From Rhizophagus irregularis (taxonomy: Eukaryota), in the NCBI RefSeq assembly GCF_026210795.1, contig NC_089429.1, forward strand, positions 6,572,001 through 6,636,000: 64,000 bases of DNA, written 5' to 3'. Under the pieces are notes generated by a model. That model was not told the DNA's origin and searched no databases. It worked only from the letters and a program-made list of their open reading frames with translations. Within the stretch, counting starts at the first letter, position 1, and each line of letters starts with the position of its first letter. The position numbers were made by a program, and so were the translations under genes. Of the stretch, positions 26,185 through 39,784 are shown in pieces.

Positions 26185-26700
26185 ACCTTAAGAAAATTCA
26201 CGAGAATTTTTCTTATCGGGATTTCAATTTACTTAAACTTTAAAATGAGAAGTATCAAGAAAAATTCGCGAGAATTTTTCTTGAAATCGTGATTTCAGTT
26301 TGCTAATCGGTCTTTAAACTTTAAAATAAGCAGTATCAAGAAAAATTCGCAAGAATTTTTCTTAAAAAATCATGATTTCAATTTATTTAAACTTTAAAAA
26401 TAAGCGGTATCAAGAAAAATTCGCAAGAATTTTTCTTGAAATCGTGATTTCAGTTTACTAATCAGTCTTTAAACTTTAAAATAAGCAGCATCAAGAAAAA
26501 TTCGCAAGAATTTTTCTTAAAAAATCGTAATTTCAATTTATTTAAAATTTAAAAATAAGCAGTATCAAGAAAAATTCGCAAGAATTTTTCTTGAAATCGT
26601 GATTTTAATTTATTTATTAGTCAGTCTTTTAAACTTTAAAATAAGCAATATCAAGAAAAATTCGCGAGAATTTTTCTTGAAATCGTGATTTCAATTTATT
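26185..26700. repeat. Right array of dyad motif (type B, inverted), ~7 copies at ~70-86-bp period
   Basis: taagcagtatc-AAGAAAAATTC-GC(A/G)A-GAATTTTTCTT-gaaatcgtgatt at ~26190, 26257, 26338, 26412, 26493, 26567 and 26653. Confidence 0.9.
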
Positions 26701-27419
26701 GGTTGGTATCTCTAATAGTCTCCGGATTCTTGTTTTTTCATTATTAATTTCTTCTTTTTATACGTGAAGCTCGACTATTTTCAGATTTAACAACCGAACT
26801 ATCAATCTAATCGCTCGTGACTTGACTGTTTGGCATTATAACGAACAAATTTTATTATTTTGAATAAAATTAAATCTATACCATAATAGATTAATAGATG
26901 TTGTAATGCAATTTCGAATATATTATTATATCTTACAAAAATTCATATCTACAATATCGGCATAAACCCGGATATATATATATTATGTGATTTAATCGCT
27001 TTCATTCATAGATTATGATTGGATAATTATCACATGGATGCCGATCATTTGTTTGTTTTTGCATGCACGCGAATGATATAAATTGGGAAAAATACAAACT
27101 GTTTCTCTTTTACTCTTTATTCTTTATTTTGCTTTTTACTCGAAGTATTATCTCAAATATTGCACTTATTTATTTATTTCATTTTTTTATAGAAGAAAAT
27201 TTTAAACGATACCAAATAAAAGGTTGCCTAATAGATATAGAAAGAAATACATTTCACAAAAAGAAAATATTTAATGTTTATGAAGTAATATTTTTTTAAA
27301 CTTAAATATAATTAATTGTATTATTCTTTATTACTAATTTTTTATCTTGTCTTTTTGAACTTTTCTAAAATAGATTTATTTATAATTTAATAAAATAGGT
27401 ACAGTTACTTTTATTTTCG

Positions 27420-27990
27420 ATCTTTATTGCTATTAATTGTATTGCTACTAATTGTATCTTTTTTTTTTATCATTACTAATTGTATCTTTCTTTCATCGCT
27501 ACTAATTGTATCTTTCTTTCATCGCTACTAATTGTATCTTTCTTTATCGCTACTAATTTTTTATCATTACTAATTTTCTTCTTTTTATCACTACTAATTT
27601 TTCTTCTTTTTATCACTACTAATTATATCTTTCTTCTATTGTTACTAATTATATCTTTTTTTTATTACTACTAATTTTTCTTCTATCGCTACTAATTGTA
27701 TCTTCTTTTTATCACTAATAATTTTTCTTCTTTTTATTACTACTAAATGTATCTTTCTTCTATTGTTACTAATTATATCTTTTTTTTATCACTACTAATT
27801 TTCTTCTATCGCTATTAATTGTATCTTCTTTTTATCACTAATAATTTTTCTTCCTTTTATTACTACTAATTGTATCTTTCTTTCATCGTTACTAATTGTA
27901 TCTTTTTTTTTTATTACTGCTAATTTTTCTTCTTTTTATTACTACTAATTGTATCTCTTTTTATCACTTTTTCTTTTATAACTACTAATT
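27420..27990. repeat. Degenerate ~20-27-bp minisatellite (ttatcactactaattgtatctttc)
   Basis: Recurrent ctactaatt cores, about 20 copies. Confidence 0.85.
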
Positions 27991-28216
27991 CTTTCTTTTT
28001 TTTATTTTCTCTATATTTAATTATAATAATTTTATTACTATAATAGAAGTATTCTTTTATTAGATTTTAATTACACAAATTATTAATTGCATATCAATTT
28101 AAATAATAAATTATCTGTTATATTTATTTATACATTGTATTATTAATAAATAAAAACATTCTATGTAAATACGTGTACTAATGGTATATTTTTAATATGT
28201 AAACATACGGATTGCT

Positions 28217-28489
28217 GGGATATCATGCTGTTTGCAAATTAATCAAAGTAGGAAACGTACGGTTCACACTGGGATATCGTGCTGTTCGCAAATTAATCAA
28301 AGTGGGAAACGTACGGTGCACACCGGGATATCGTGCTGTTCGCAAATTAATCAAAGTGGGAAATGTACGGTGCACACCGGAATATCGTGCTGTTCGCAAA
28401 TTAATCAACAGTGGGAAACGTACGGTTCACACCGGGATATCGTGCTGTTCGCAAATTAATCAACAGTGGGAAACGTACGGTTCACACCG
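28217..28489. repeat. 54-55-bp GC/CpG-rich tandem repeat, 5 copies
   Basis: Unit gggatatcgtgctgttcgcaaattaatcaaagtgggaaacgtacggt(g/t)cacacc. It explains the 18-aa periodic ORFs seen in several frames. Confidence 0.95.
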
Positions 28490-29739
28490 CCATATCATTC
28501 TTTATGTCAGTATAATTTTCACGTTAAACATATGTGCGTTAATACAATATGTATGATATGGTGTGCAGAATACTGAATATATACCGTATGTGTAATATGA
28601 TAATAATACATTATTCATACTGTAAAGATACTGATCGCAAAATACGGTTATACCGTATGATAACACTATGTATATTTTTTTATAGGGAATGAGTTTAATC
28701 TTAAACTATAGAAAAACTACTATGCTATCTAATCATTGTTTCAATTTTCAATGCTTAAAAATATATTTTCTTTGCTTAATATATTTGCTCAATAAACAAT
28801 CTTTAAAAAGCATTAAACATTAACTATCACTAAATCATTAAATCGACTTTTTATACAAAGATTTAATAACTTCATTTATTAAACTGTGAAAAAAAAGTAT
28901 TAGAAATTACATATTGTTTATTATCTGTTATCCTGTTCTTGTCATTACATGGGATTTTATTATACAGCATCAAAGTGTTTATTATTTTTGTGTTTTAAAT
29001 TTTTAGCATGTAGTTATGTTAACAGATGATTTAAAACTGTTCAGTTATATATATAAATTGTCAACAAATTAAAATTACATAATTATTTAGATTTTTTTTT
29101 TTAATAATATACTCTAAATCTATCAATTAATAATAATTGCAACATATGTGAAGTTCGCAGTATTTGATAATAAACATTTTAGTTTAAAGACTGAAACTGG
29201 TTAATGCTACCAGTTAAGGCATCTTAAAAAGTGGCTAACTGGTCAAAACTAGTTTGACCATAATTCTGGTCAAATATGTATAATGTGGACCAGAGACATT
29301 GATCGTATTCTCCAAACTCGAAATTTTTAATACTAAATTTTTCCAATCTCCTGCCAAAAAATTAGTACAATTTACAATCAAAAAAATTTTTTGATATTAC
29401 AGCAGATAGTAATATGTACGATTCTTTTATTAACTACTATACATATTAAATTAAAGAACCAATAAAATCTAGTTTGTGATTTCACGATTTTTTTAATAAT
29501 TTATTTGTATATAAATTTACATGTAATAATTGTAATATCACATTATTTTAAAGCAATCCCATTTTTTTATAAATTACATATTCCTTTAAGAAACATTAAA
29601 AGAAATTAATTTATTAAATTAAGATATTTGGTCTTACTTACAGGATTTTTACTTACAGGATCTCACTTGATATACTGTAATTAATATAATTTCTTAAAAT
29701 TATCTTGCTAAGTTTTTTATAGGAATCCATTTTTTATAA

Positions 29740-30330
29740 AAAGTGATCTCTAATGAAATTCTTTATTAAAAAAAATTTCAAGCCAAAATTCTCGATACCC
29801 TTATTAAAAAAAACTATTTTCAATAAAATTTTCTATTAAGACTTCTAACAAAATTCTCCATCAAAAAAATAAAAAAACTTTTCAACCAACAATTATTCTC
29901 TAATGAAATTCTCAATCAAAAAAATATCCCCGATTAAAGAAAAATTTCTAACGAAAATCTTCCGTCAAAAATCACATTTTCCCTATTAAAAAAAAAAATT
30001 CAAAGATTTTTACCTATTAAAAAAAATTCTCAAAACAAAAAATCTCCCTCCTATTAAAAAAAAATTCTTTACCGAAATTTTCTATCAAAAAAACCCTGTT
30101 AAAAAATTTAATAACGAAATGATCTATCAAAAAAAAAGTCTTACCTATTAAAAAAAAATTTCTATAATGAAATTTCTATCAAGAAAAAAAAGTTCTTGGC
30201 GAAATTATTTATCTTCCTATTAAAGTAAATTCTTTAGTCATGAAATTCTCCATCAAGACGCTACAAAAATTGTTTTATAAAAGAAGCCAATAAAAAAAAA
30301 TTCTTTATGAATTTAAAAAAAAAATTTTTA
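29740..30330. repeat. Highly degenerate A-rich tandem repeat (cctattaaaaaaa...gaaattttctatcaaaaa)
   Basis: Alternating 'cctattaaaaaaaa' and 'gaaatt.tc.atcaaaaa' motifs about every 55-65 bp. Confidence 0.7.
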
Positions 30331-30751
30331 AAACTACGCTAAACTTAAAAAACATGTATATCAACCCCGTGCTGACAAAGAAACTAATTTTTGACAAAGA
30401 TAAAATTATTGAGTATAGTTGGATTAAGTCAAACACAGTTGGATACAAGCACCAACTCGGCTTGCCATATGCGGCTAATTATTTTTGGCTAACTACACCA
30501 TTATCTAAAATTATTATATATGTATGTATTTATATTTTAAATAAAAATAATTTTCCTATTTATTTTAAACATAAGATGAGAAAGAAGATTTAACTGATAA
30601 TAATAAATCCAAATTGAATAGTATTAAAGGTAATTAACTGTTAACCATTTTAAAGACTTAAATTAAAGTAAACTTCTCTGGTTATTCGGTAATTAAATTT
30701 ATTTTAAAATTATACATACAATATTACAGACATAATTTATATTTGTAATAG

Positions 30752-30885
30752 ATGTAAAAGATGATGAAATTTTTAATAATCCAAACTTTCATTCAGAAGA
30801 GAGAGATTCCGGAAGGTAATTATTTATGAAAAATTATAAGTATTAATATTTTACATTGATTTATTTTTTATTAGATGGATTATAA
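30752..30885 (+). pseudogene. Orphan last two exons of a Glomeromycota-type TKL kinase gene
   Basis: AG|..'DVKDDEIFNNPNFHSEE..EIPE' GT-intron-AG 'DGL*' resembles the NNPNLHSEEQDELEIPDDG tail I recall from this kinase family. Small internal deletion. Confidence 0.55.
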
Positions 30886-33689
30886 GTTGGTTAATGAGTT
30901 AAATATTTTTAAGATAAATATTATTTATCATTATTTCAATATTATCACCCAGAATTCTAAGGTTAGAGTAATAAGCTTTATAAGTTATCTGAGTATGTAA
31001 TTTAAATAATTCATTTTATTATTTATTTATTTACCTTGAATAGTTTGTACTTATTGGATTATATAAATAAATTCCTTATTTCTATTTGAAACTAACAAAT
31101 ATTCAATTATGGATTTCATTATATAAAAATTTTACTTATTTTAACCCTTTTATAATTATCTGTCTCTAAGTATATCCAACAAAGGAAAAACCTGAAACTG
31201 AAGAGTGCAATTTTGTAAAGTAATTTAAATTCTATCTAAAAAATAAGCTAAGAATTTTTATTGACTTTATCATGAATTACTATTTCATATTATGGATGAA
31301 GATTTAGTTATTGCTTTATTTGCCAGCCATAAACATTAAATTTTTTGTCTTTTAATTATTTGTTGTATTATTTCCCTTTATATTCATTTTTGGTTTCTAT
31401 ATTTTTTAATTGGTGATTTTTTTTGTTTCTAACATTAAAAAGTAAATTAATACTTAAAAGATTAACCTTTTAAATAACCACTTGTTTTAGATGATTTGAT
31501 TATTGAAATTATTTATCACACATGAAAAAAAAATAATTATTAAATTCTGAAATAAGAAACTAATTAAATAAATTATTACTGCTACTGCATTTCGTATGCT
31601 AATGCCAACCAGAATTCTATCACATGCTAACTAACATTATGCCACTCCAGCTTTTTCATTTAACGTTTATGGAATTAGTCTCAAAGAATAAATTAACTTA
31701 GTTCTTAAATTCTTCATTTCCGGATATTCTATGTACATTTTTAGGTATTTTTTTTAAAAAAATTGTTTTTTAGAAATTTAGCTTTGATAAAAAAAAAAAA
31801 TTCATATATATTCTATATCAAGAAATTGAAATCAATTAACCTTTCCTAAAATAGATCATTTTAAACTTTTTTAAAGAATATTCTTAAATTAACCAAATTA
31901 GAATAAAATAATTCCAGGCGATAATCATATTCAAAACCCATCTAATAAAAAATAAATGATTTTATAGTATAGTGAAATAAAATCGAATATTTAATATTTT
32001 TGATAAATTACTAATAGTATAGATAAGCATATTAAATTTATATGATTTGAGAGTTATTAACAAGTGCTCTTTCTGTTCTTTATAATCTGAGACTAAAATA
32101 TATTTTTTTTAAGATAGTTTTTTCTGATTTAATTAAGCAAATTTTGCTTCGTAAATAACCTTCCCATATTTAATTGTACAATTACTTATTTATCATAATT
32201 AATAAATTGTTTACTTTAGTACGTGATTTTTTTTCTATATGTATCATCATGTGATTTAACTTATTAGTTTATCTGAGGAATGAAAATTATTTAGAAGATG
32301 AAAACCAGATGAAATAAAAAGCGGAAGAGTGCCTATGTAAAGTTATTTCCTGTACCAGACAGAAATTACCAACTGTTTATTCTCTCTTTTATCTACATTT
32401 TGAGACTAGTTTCGCACAAAGTTGATAGAGAAGAACTGTTACAACATTTATTTCTTTTTTGACCTGTACGGAGGCTTGAGACCTCATAAAGTTTGAGGAC
32501 TCACCTTACCACAATATGAGTTGGCTTAGAGGACTGGTGTCCACGCAGAGCACAATTTTAGTATATGTTGGGATCAATACAAAAGGAAACAAATTTTTTT
32601 GAGGAACTAATTAAATGGAGATCGATTGCATCATTTGCTGGTGTAACCATAGTCACGTGATTAAACAAGAAAATTTTCACATGGACTAAATATAAATAAT
32701 AAGTAACATCAACACACAGTATAATCATGGGATGATAAAGCAGGGTTGAGTTCAGTTTTGGAGATATTTTTGTTATCCAACATGCTAGCTTTTACTATAT
32801 ATATATGTAACACCCATTCTGAAATTAGATTCACCTAGACTTCTGCTAGATTTTCGTGATTGCTCTTTGTTATACTTAGTATTTATTGGGTAAGTAGGTT
32901 CATATTAGGTCTTTTATGCATAATAACAATAATCAAAATCTAGGATACACAATTAGCATAACTGTGGGTATGTGATGTAATGCACTAGTTTAGAGATGGA
33001 GAATCATAAGGGTCTACTAGTTGATAGTTATGAAATTTCATCTGAAGTAGGGACATGTAGTGTTTTGAATGTGTAATTAGACTTATCTTATACTAATAAA
33101 TTTGATGTAAATTATCTTTTTGACCAGTGATAATATAAATTATTATGCTATCATAATTGTTTTAACTTCATCTACTTTAATAAATGTAAACTTTTCAAGC
33201 ATATGAACAATATCATTTTCACTAAATGATTGGCATTACTATGCACTTTTATCCTGCATGTATTGTAAAATACCTTCCATTGAGACTTTCTTAATGTTAT
33301 AGCCTATTTTGAAAAACTATATTATTATATTATGTACCATACTTTCATAACTACTAAATAACTAATCTCTTTCCATTTATACAATGTTTGTTGGTTTCAT
33401 TAAAATGTCAGAGATTAGTGATAAACTCTGGATCCTTTAAATCAAATGCAAGTTGAATTCATTTGCAGTTGAATCCCCTGTAAATTCCTTGTATATTTGA
33501 CGAACTCTAGACTTTGGTTATAATTAAATGGATAAGCAAAAGAACACTAAAATGTAGAATGTTGCATTTTTTAAAGATAAGCCATTTTTTGTGAATTATT
33601 TATGTTATAATGATGTTGTTCCAAGTGTATGTAAATGATGATGCTGTTATTCCATGCAGGAGTGATAATGGTTATTCTGGATAGAAATG

Positions 33690-33800
33690 ATAATTGGTGT
33701 CATTTGGCAATTCCACTGTTATGGGAAAATCCATTTTCAATTCCTACCAGAAATTTTAATTTTCATTGAAGTTTATTTGTATAATTTGAATATTATTATT
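33690..33800 (+). pseudogene. F-box gene fragment
   Basis: 'NWCHLAIPLLWENPFSIPTRNF' resembles the end of the F-box motif (cf. LWCQVTVGILWR in 61786-63240). Confidence 0.55.
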
Positions 33801-34179
33801 CCAGGCATTAATTATTCTTTTCACAATGTTCACAATGATTTGTAGTTTTGGAAGACATAATTAAATTAATTAAATGAATTATATAATTAATAATAAAATA
33901 AATGACATTTAAAAAATTGTCTTCAATAAATTTTAATTTTAATTCCAATTTAACAATTTGGGAATATTAGTTCTTTTCCTATTACATATCCAATATTTCT
34001 AGAATTTCTTACTTTTAAATTATTTAATATGGAGTAATTTTAACTCTTAGTAATGTGAATGCTAAATCCATAGTAAAATCTTGTATTATAAAATCATAAA
34101 TATCATAATTTTGATATTTAATGTGTTATTATAAAATCGTAAATATTATAAATAATAATTATGATATTTAATGTGTTTT

Positions 34180-34602
34180 CTAAGCTTCTCAACAATCCAA
34201 AATCAGCTAACTTGATATTACCCTGATGGATTGATTCATTACTGGAATGCTAAATTATTATTATATAGAACAAAAATTATTATAAATCTGCCATATTTGA
34301 TAGATTTGGTATCTCTCTAGGCTTTCTTGACAATCCCAGATCAGCTACCCTGATGGATTAATATATTATTAGAGTGCTAAATTTTTATATGGAACAAAAA
34401 GTATTATAAATCTGAAATGGAAAGATAGTCTTCAGTTTGGCCATTTTTGACAGATTTGGGTATTTTGTTTCATATAGTTGAGTGCATTTGTTGCTATAAA
34501 ATATTAATATAAATTCAAACTATGAAAATTCAATATCTCCCTAAGCTTTCTCGACAATCCAAGATCAGCTATCCTGATGGATCAATATATTATTAGAGCT
34601 AA
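34180..34602 (-). pseudogene. Three tandem decayed copies of a kinase subdomain VIb-VII exon
   Basis: TTTAG|'HSSNESIHQGNIKLADFGLLRSL' (34249-34181). Related copies 'HSNNILIHQG..ADLGLSRK' lie at ~34376-34320 and ~34599-34545. Confidence 0.7.
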
Positions 34603-36930
34603 ATTTTATATAAAATAAATATTATAAATCTGAAATGGCATGATAGTCTCTGGCCATATTTGATAGATTTGGCAGGTATTCCATTCCATTTGCAATAAAA
34701 TATATAATACTCCATGATGAATGTTTTTCTGTAAATAATATACCCTCAATAGCATCAAAATAACATAAGTGTGTTTATTATTAAAGTTTCTTTTTTGTTA
34801 TCATTAAACATTAAGTTTATTCTTTTTATGGTTTTTTGCTTCTTAAAGATATTGTTAAATCTCAATAATATTGATGGTATTGGAAAATCTTGCACTCATT
34901 CTAACAATTTTGAACTTTTATCATGCCAGAAATCATATACTATATCCTTCGGCATAATAAGTCAGAGAATAGTTCTCCATATTTAATGATATATTAACCA
35001 ATGTTTTATTTGTTGTAATATATTAAAATGAAAAATAATAATTTAAGAATCATTGTTTTTTAAAAAAAATAAGGGTAATAGTAAGAAAAGGAAGGAGAAA
35101 GTGAATCAAACAATTTGTAAAAGGCAAAGCCCTGTATATATAGTAACAAGTAAAAAGACAAGCCACATAATAAAATTTGTCATGTAATAATAGGTTCAAT
35201 TTATTTGTCTCAGCCCCAAAAACAAAGTCTTTGTGAATCGTACAATTAAAAAATCACATGATCAAGAAATATTTATTTCTCATAATATGCCAAATGTAAA
35301 ATTTCAATTTACACTACTAATTAAATCAAGAAATTAACAAAAATGCATGGCTTCTACATATTAGTATTTCCGCCTAAAATAAAAATTAAATGTTATATTA
35401 ACTCTTGTAAGTCAGTAAATAATAAGTCAGATAAAGTTGAGGCTTATTTTAAAAACAAATTCATAGAGAATATTGAGAGTATGTAAAGTAAAAGATGAGT
35501 AAAAGATCTTTTTATAATTATTTTTATTGTAGGATTTATTATAAACCTTACCATGGCAAATTTTAGTAATTTACAAATTGTTATTTTGGTGTTTGTTTAT
35601 TAATTAATTAAATTTTATTATAATTAATCCTTTAACTTCTTTATCATTTATTGTTAACTAAATATATTCTAAAGATTGCATTTGGAAATCAATAGATTTA
35701 TAGTGATGGATCAGGTAAAAAAAATGAGTGAAAAAAATACAAGTTTTTTTATAATAAAATATTTCTGTTGGGGCATGAAAAATAAATTTAAATATAAAAA
35801 CAATGTTTACTTAAAATATAATTGTATTAAAAAAAATTTGATAATATATTAAACTCTTTTTTACCAAGAACCACAAATTTAAATTTCTTAATGATACCTA
35901 ACTTAATAATTATATTTTTCAGTTATTTTCATATTTCACAATATGATTTGATTATAATCACAAATTACCAAAAAAAAAAGTAGCATTTTTGGTATATGAT
36001 TTGCCCAACTTTTAAAAATGGAGTCTAACTCTTCTGGAAGTAATTTTGATTGTAGATCATACATGCTTACACCAAATAATAATACTTTCTAAATATTTAA
36101 AAGCTTAAAAAACTTTCAGCCAAATTTAGAAAAAATGAATTGAAAGTATTAAATTTGGATAGATTTAATAAATTAAAATCATGATCAATACTATCTTTAT
36201 CACCTAGATATAATTCTTTTTTTTTAATAAAATTTGTTTACTTAATTTATAAAATTTGTATTTTGGAAAAGCATCATATTTTAATTCTTCAAAACACAAA
36301 ATATTCTAAAAAGATATTTCAAGTTCTTGTAAAATTTGAATCTAATAATTAGTGGCAATAAAATAATACTGCAAAGTTTATTTATTAATGCAGAAAGTAG
36401 ATTTTTTAGTATTCAGACTTTATGCCAAAGTTTATCTCTCTGAAATTCATTTTGCTGAAGCAATTTCGCCAAAGAATATTTCACTGAAATGCCATTTTGC
36501 TGAAATACCATTTTTCTAAATGGACATTTCCCTGAAGATATGGAATTTAGTAATTTTCCTTTTATTTTTTAGAAGACAAATGGATTATTTAATTAAATTT
36601 ATTCGGTCTTACAGTAAGTTCAAAAAAAGATAACAAATTCTTTATACTCACCTAATTCCAAGACAGGAAATTGAGGTATAACAAGCCAAATGATTATATT
36701 TCCTACTATCCTTTAATTCTCAATGAAAAGGTGATTTATAGCATGCATGAATACAAAGTAAATCTGTCTCTTTTCAAATATTCAAACATCTCATTTAAGC
36801 AATTAAAAATAAAGAATATAATAAAGAAAGGTTAAAGAATAAAATTTACAGCTGTATTACAAACATGAAAATGCTGTTGATCAAAACGTAATAATGATAT
36901 AATAAGTGGCTCATGTGGCTGTAACTTACA

Positions 36931-38689
36931 TGTTTTCGAAATTATTGACAAAATCCGATTTGTGAGGTTGTCATGTGATTTTTGTATTTCAAAAAGTGAA
37001 TCACTTTTTTATACGAATTTTTAAAAAATGGCATTTTCCTGCATTTTTCTGCATTTTTCTGCATTTTTCTGCATTTTTACTACATTTTTGGGGTTTTTTA
37101 AAAGTGAATCACTGTTCTAGATGAATTTTAATAATTTTATATTAGATTTATTTTGCGAATCATTAAACCCAATGCATAACATTATTTTATTGAAAGTTTC
37201 AATACATACTTTATATTGGAAAATTGGCTTTTGCTGCATTTTACTGCATTTTTTTGCATTTTTACTATACTTTTAAAAGTGAATCACATTTCTAGATGAA
37301 TTTTTAATAATTTTGTATTAGATTTTTTTGCGAATCATAAAACCCAATGTATAAAATTATTCCATTGAAAGTTTTAATACATATTTTATATTAGAAAATT
37401 GGATTTTTCTGGATTTTTCTGGATTTTTTTGCATTTTTACCATGTTTTTAAAAGTGAATCACATTTCTAGATGAATTTTTAATAATTTTGTATCAGATTT
37501 TTTTTGTGAATCATAAAAGCAAATGTCTAAAAATATTCTACCAAAAGTTTTAGCATACACTTTATAATAAAAAATATTTTTTCTGCATTTTTTTTTGTGT
37601 TAAGAAACATATAGTAGTATATAGATATATAAACTATGTGAATCACTTTTTGATATGAATTTATAATATTTTTGTACCAAATTTTTTATAAATAATGAAA
37701 TCCAATGTTAAACAATATTCCATGAAGACATATTTTATTCATATCGAGATAATTTTTTCTTTACATTTTGCTACCTTAATTATATAATTAAAAGATAGAT
37801 TTTTTTATATAAATAATTGTTGAAACTGTTTGTAAAAAATTTTTTAACATTGAATTTCATGATTCATAAAAATCTGGTACAAAAATATTATAAATTCATG
37901 CCAAAAAGTGATTCACATAGTCATATATCTATATACTATATGTTTCTTAAAACAAAAAAAAATGTAGAAAAAAATGTTTTTTATTATAAAGCATATGCTA
38001 AAACTTTTGGTAGAATATTTTTAGACATTTTTTTTTATGATTCACAAAAAAAATCTGATATAAAATTATTAAAAATTCATCTAGAAATGTGATTCACTTT
38101 TAAAAATGTGGTAAAAATGCAAAAAAAATCAGAAAAATCCAGAAAAATCCAATTTTCCAATATAAAATATGTATTAAAACTTTCAATGGAATAATGATAT
38201 ACATTGGGTTTTATGATTCGCAAAAAAGATCTAATACAAAATTATTAAAAATTCATCTAGAAATGGGATTCACTTTTAAAAGCATAGTAAAAATGCAAAA
38301 AAATGCAGTAAATGCAGCAAAAGCCAATTTTCCAATATAAAGTATGTATTGAAACTTTCAATGGAATATTGTTATACATTGAGTTTCATGATTCACAAAA
38401 AAAGTCTGATACAAAATTATTAAAAATTTATCTAGAAATGTGATTTACTTTAAAAAACATAGTAAAAATGCAAAAAAATGCAGTAAAATGCAAAAAAGGC
38501 CAATTTTCCTATATAAAGTATGTATTGAAACTTTCAGTGGAATAGTGTTATACATTGAATTATATGAATCACAAAATAAATCTGGTATAAAAATATTAAA
38601 AATTCGTATAAAAAAGTGATTCACTTTTTGCAATACAAAAATCACATGATGACCTCACAAATCAGATTTTGTCAATAATGTCGAAAATG
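36931..38689. mobile_element. Foldback-type non-autonomous element: ~0.8-kb inverted arms built of ~175-bp subrepeats, ~0.1-kb spacer
   Basis: Left tgttttcgaaattattgacaaaatccgatttgtgaggttgtcatgtgattttt mirrors right aaaaatcacatgatgacctcacaaatcagattttgtcaataatgtcgaaaatg. Subrepeat anchor aaaagtgaatcac/gtgattcactttt. No TSD identified. Confidence 0.85.
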
Positions 38690-39282
38690 GCAATAATTAC
38701 TTTACATCTTTTACATGTGAAAATTTTTTTAGTATAAACACTAGACACAACCTGTCACATTGTGGTAGGGATGATACGAGTTCAAGAAAATCTGTCTAAA
38801 GACCATTCATATTCTGCTAATAGGTCAAGTAAAAGAGTAATAATAATCAGTACTTATATTTTATTTGCCATGCAGTATGAATAGGTCTAATTTTTTGATT
38901 ATTATTATAGGTGTAATTTCATTTCCAACTCCTGCACTCCAGCCAATCTACTTCACTAGTTACTTCAACTAGAGATTGGAGTTGATTAAGTTGGTTAACT
39001 GATTAAGGTATCTCAAAAATCAGTTAATCAAATAATTTAACCAAATAATTTAATCATTGATTAATTAATCAATTAATTAAATTAGTTAAAAATGCAAAAA
39101 TAGATATTTCTTTTTTTAAGAGATTACATTAAATTTTCCTGAATTTAATTTGATGATCACAAAATCATCAAATTTTACCCAAATTTTTGAATAATTTTCA
39201 ATAATAAATGATTGGCCTTGTCATTATCCTAATTTGAGCAAAATTTTTTTACTTTAATGTTTTTTATATATATTATATATTA

Positions 39283-39468
39283 CAGTTTACCCTTAGTTCC
39301 TATAGTTGAATTTTTATATAATGAATCACGTGACATTTAGCCAATAAAATATGTCAATTTTCCCTTGCTATAATGAAGTAACCAATCAAATTCTTCAAAT
39401 TCTTCGTTAACTTGCTATAATGAATTTGAGGTGCAGAACGGTTTCTTTGCTATATCAAAGGTAGACTG
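39283..39468. mobile_element. Degenerate pogo-type MITE
   Basis: TA|CAGTTTACCCTT ... AAAGGTAGACTG|TA, with internal ttgctataatgaa repeats. Confidence 0.65.
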
Positions 39469-39784
39469 TATATATTTTATATATATATTACAATGTATAT
39501 ATAGTATAATATATATATTCTGAATGTCAGAAACGGTCAAGATTTAGAACATTTCCTATACATTTTCTGGACAGTAAAAATGTCCAGAATTTGCAAAATT
39601 GTCCGAATATTTTCCATATTCTGGACATTTATTTTTTATAGGACTATATATATCTGGAATTTGTCCAGAAATCGGATATGTCAAGAATTTTCCATGAAAA
39701 ATGATTAGCAGATGCTGATGATCATCACTATATCCACTTTAACTTAAATTATATCACAGATTTATAGTATTATTGCCTTCTCTT

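Noticed and set aside
26185..26700. Palindromic repeats with regular spacing resembling CRISPR
   Set aside because: The intervening sequences are themselves conserved repeats, not unique spacers.
28212..28556. Periodic ORFs, or a CRISPR-like array
   Set aside because: Head-to-tail 54-bp units without unique spacers, no cas genes, and a eukaryotic context. The ORFs are by-products of the repeat.
32330..33100. Slightly GC-richer region with TGTAA starts as a solo LTR
   Set aside because: No second LTR, PBS/PPT or TSD identified.
37817..38645. ORFs inside the large palindrome as a transposase
   Set aside because: Short ORFs with no motifs, derived from the repeat modules.
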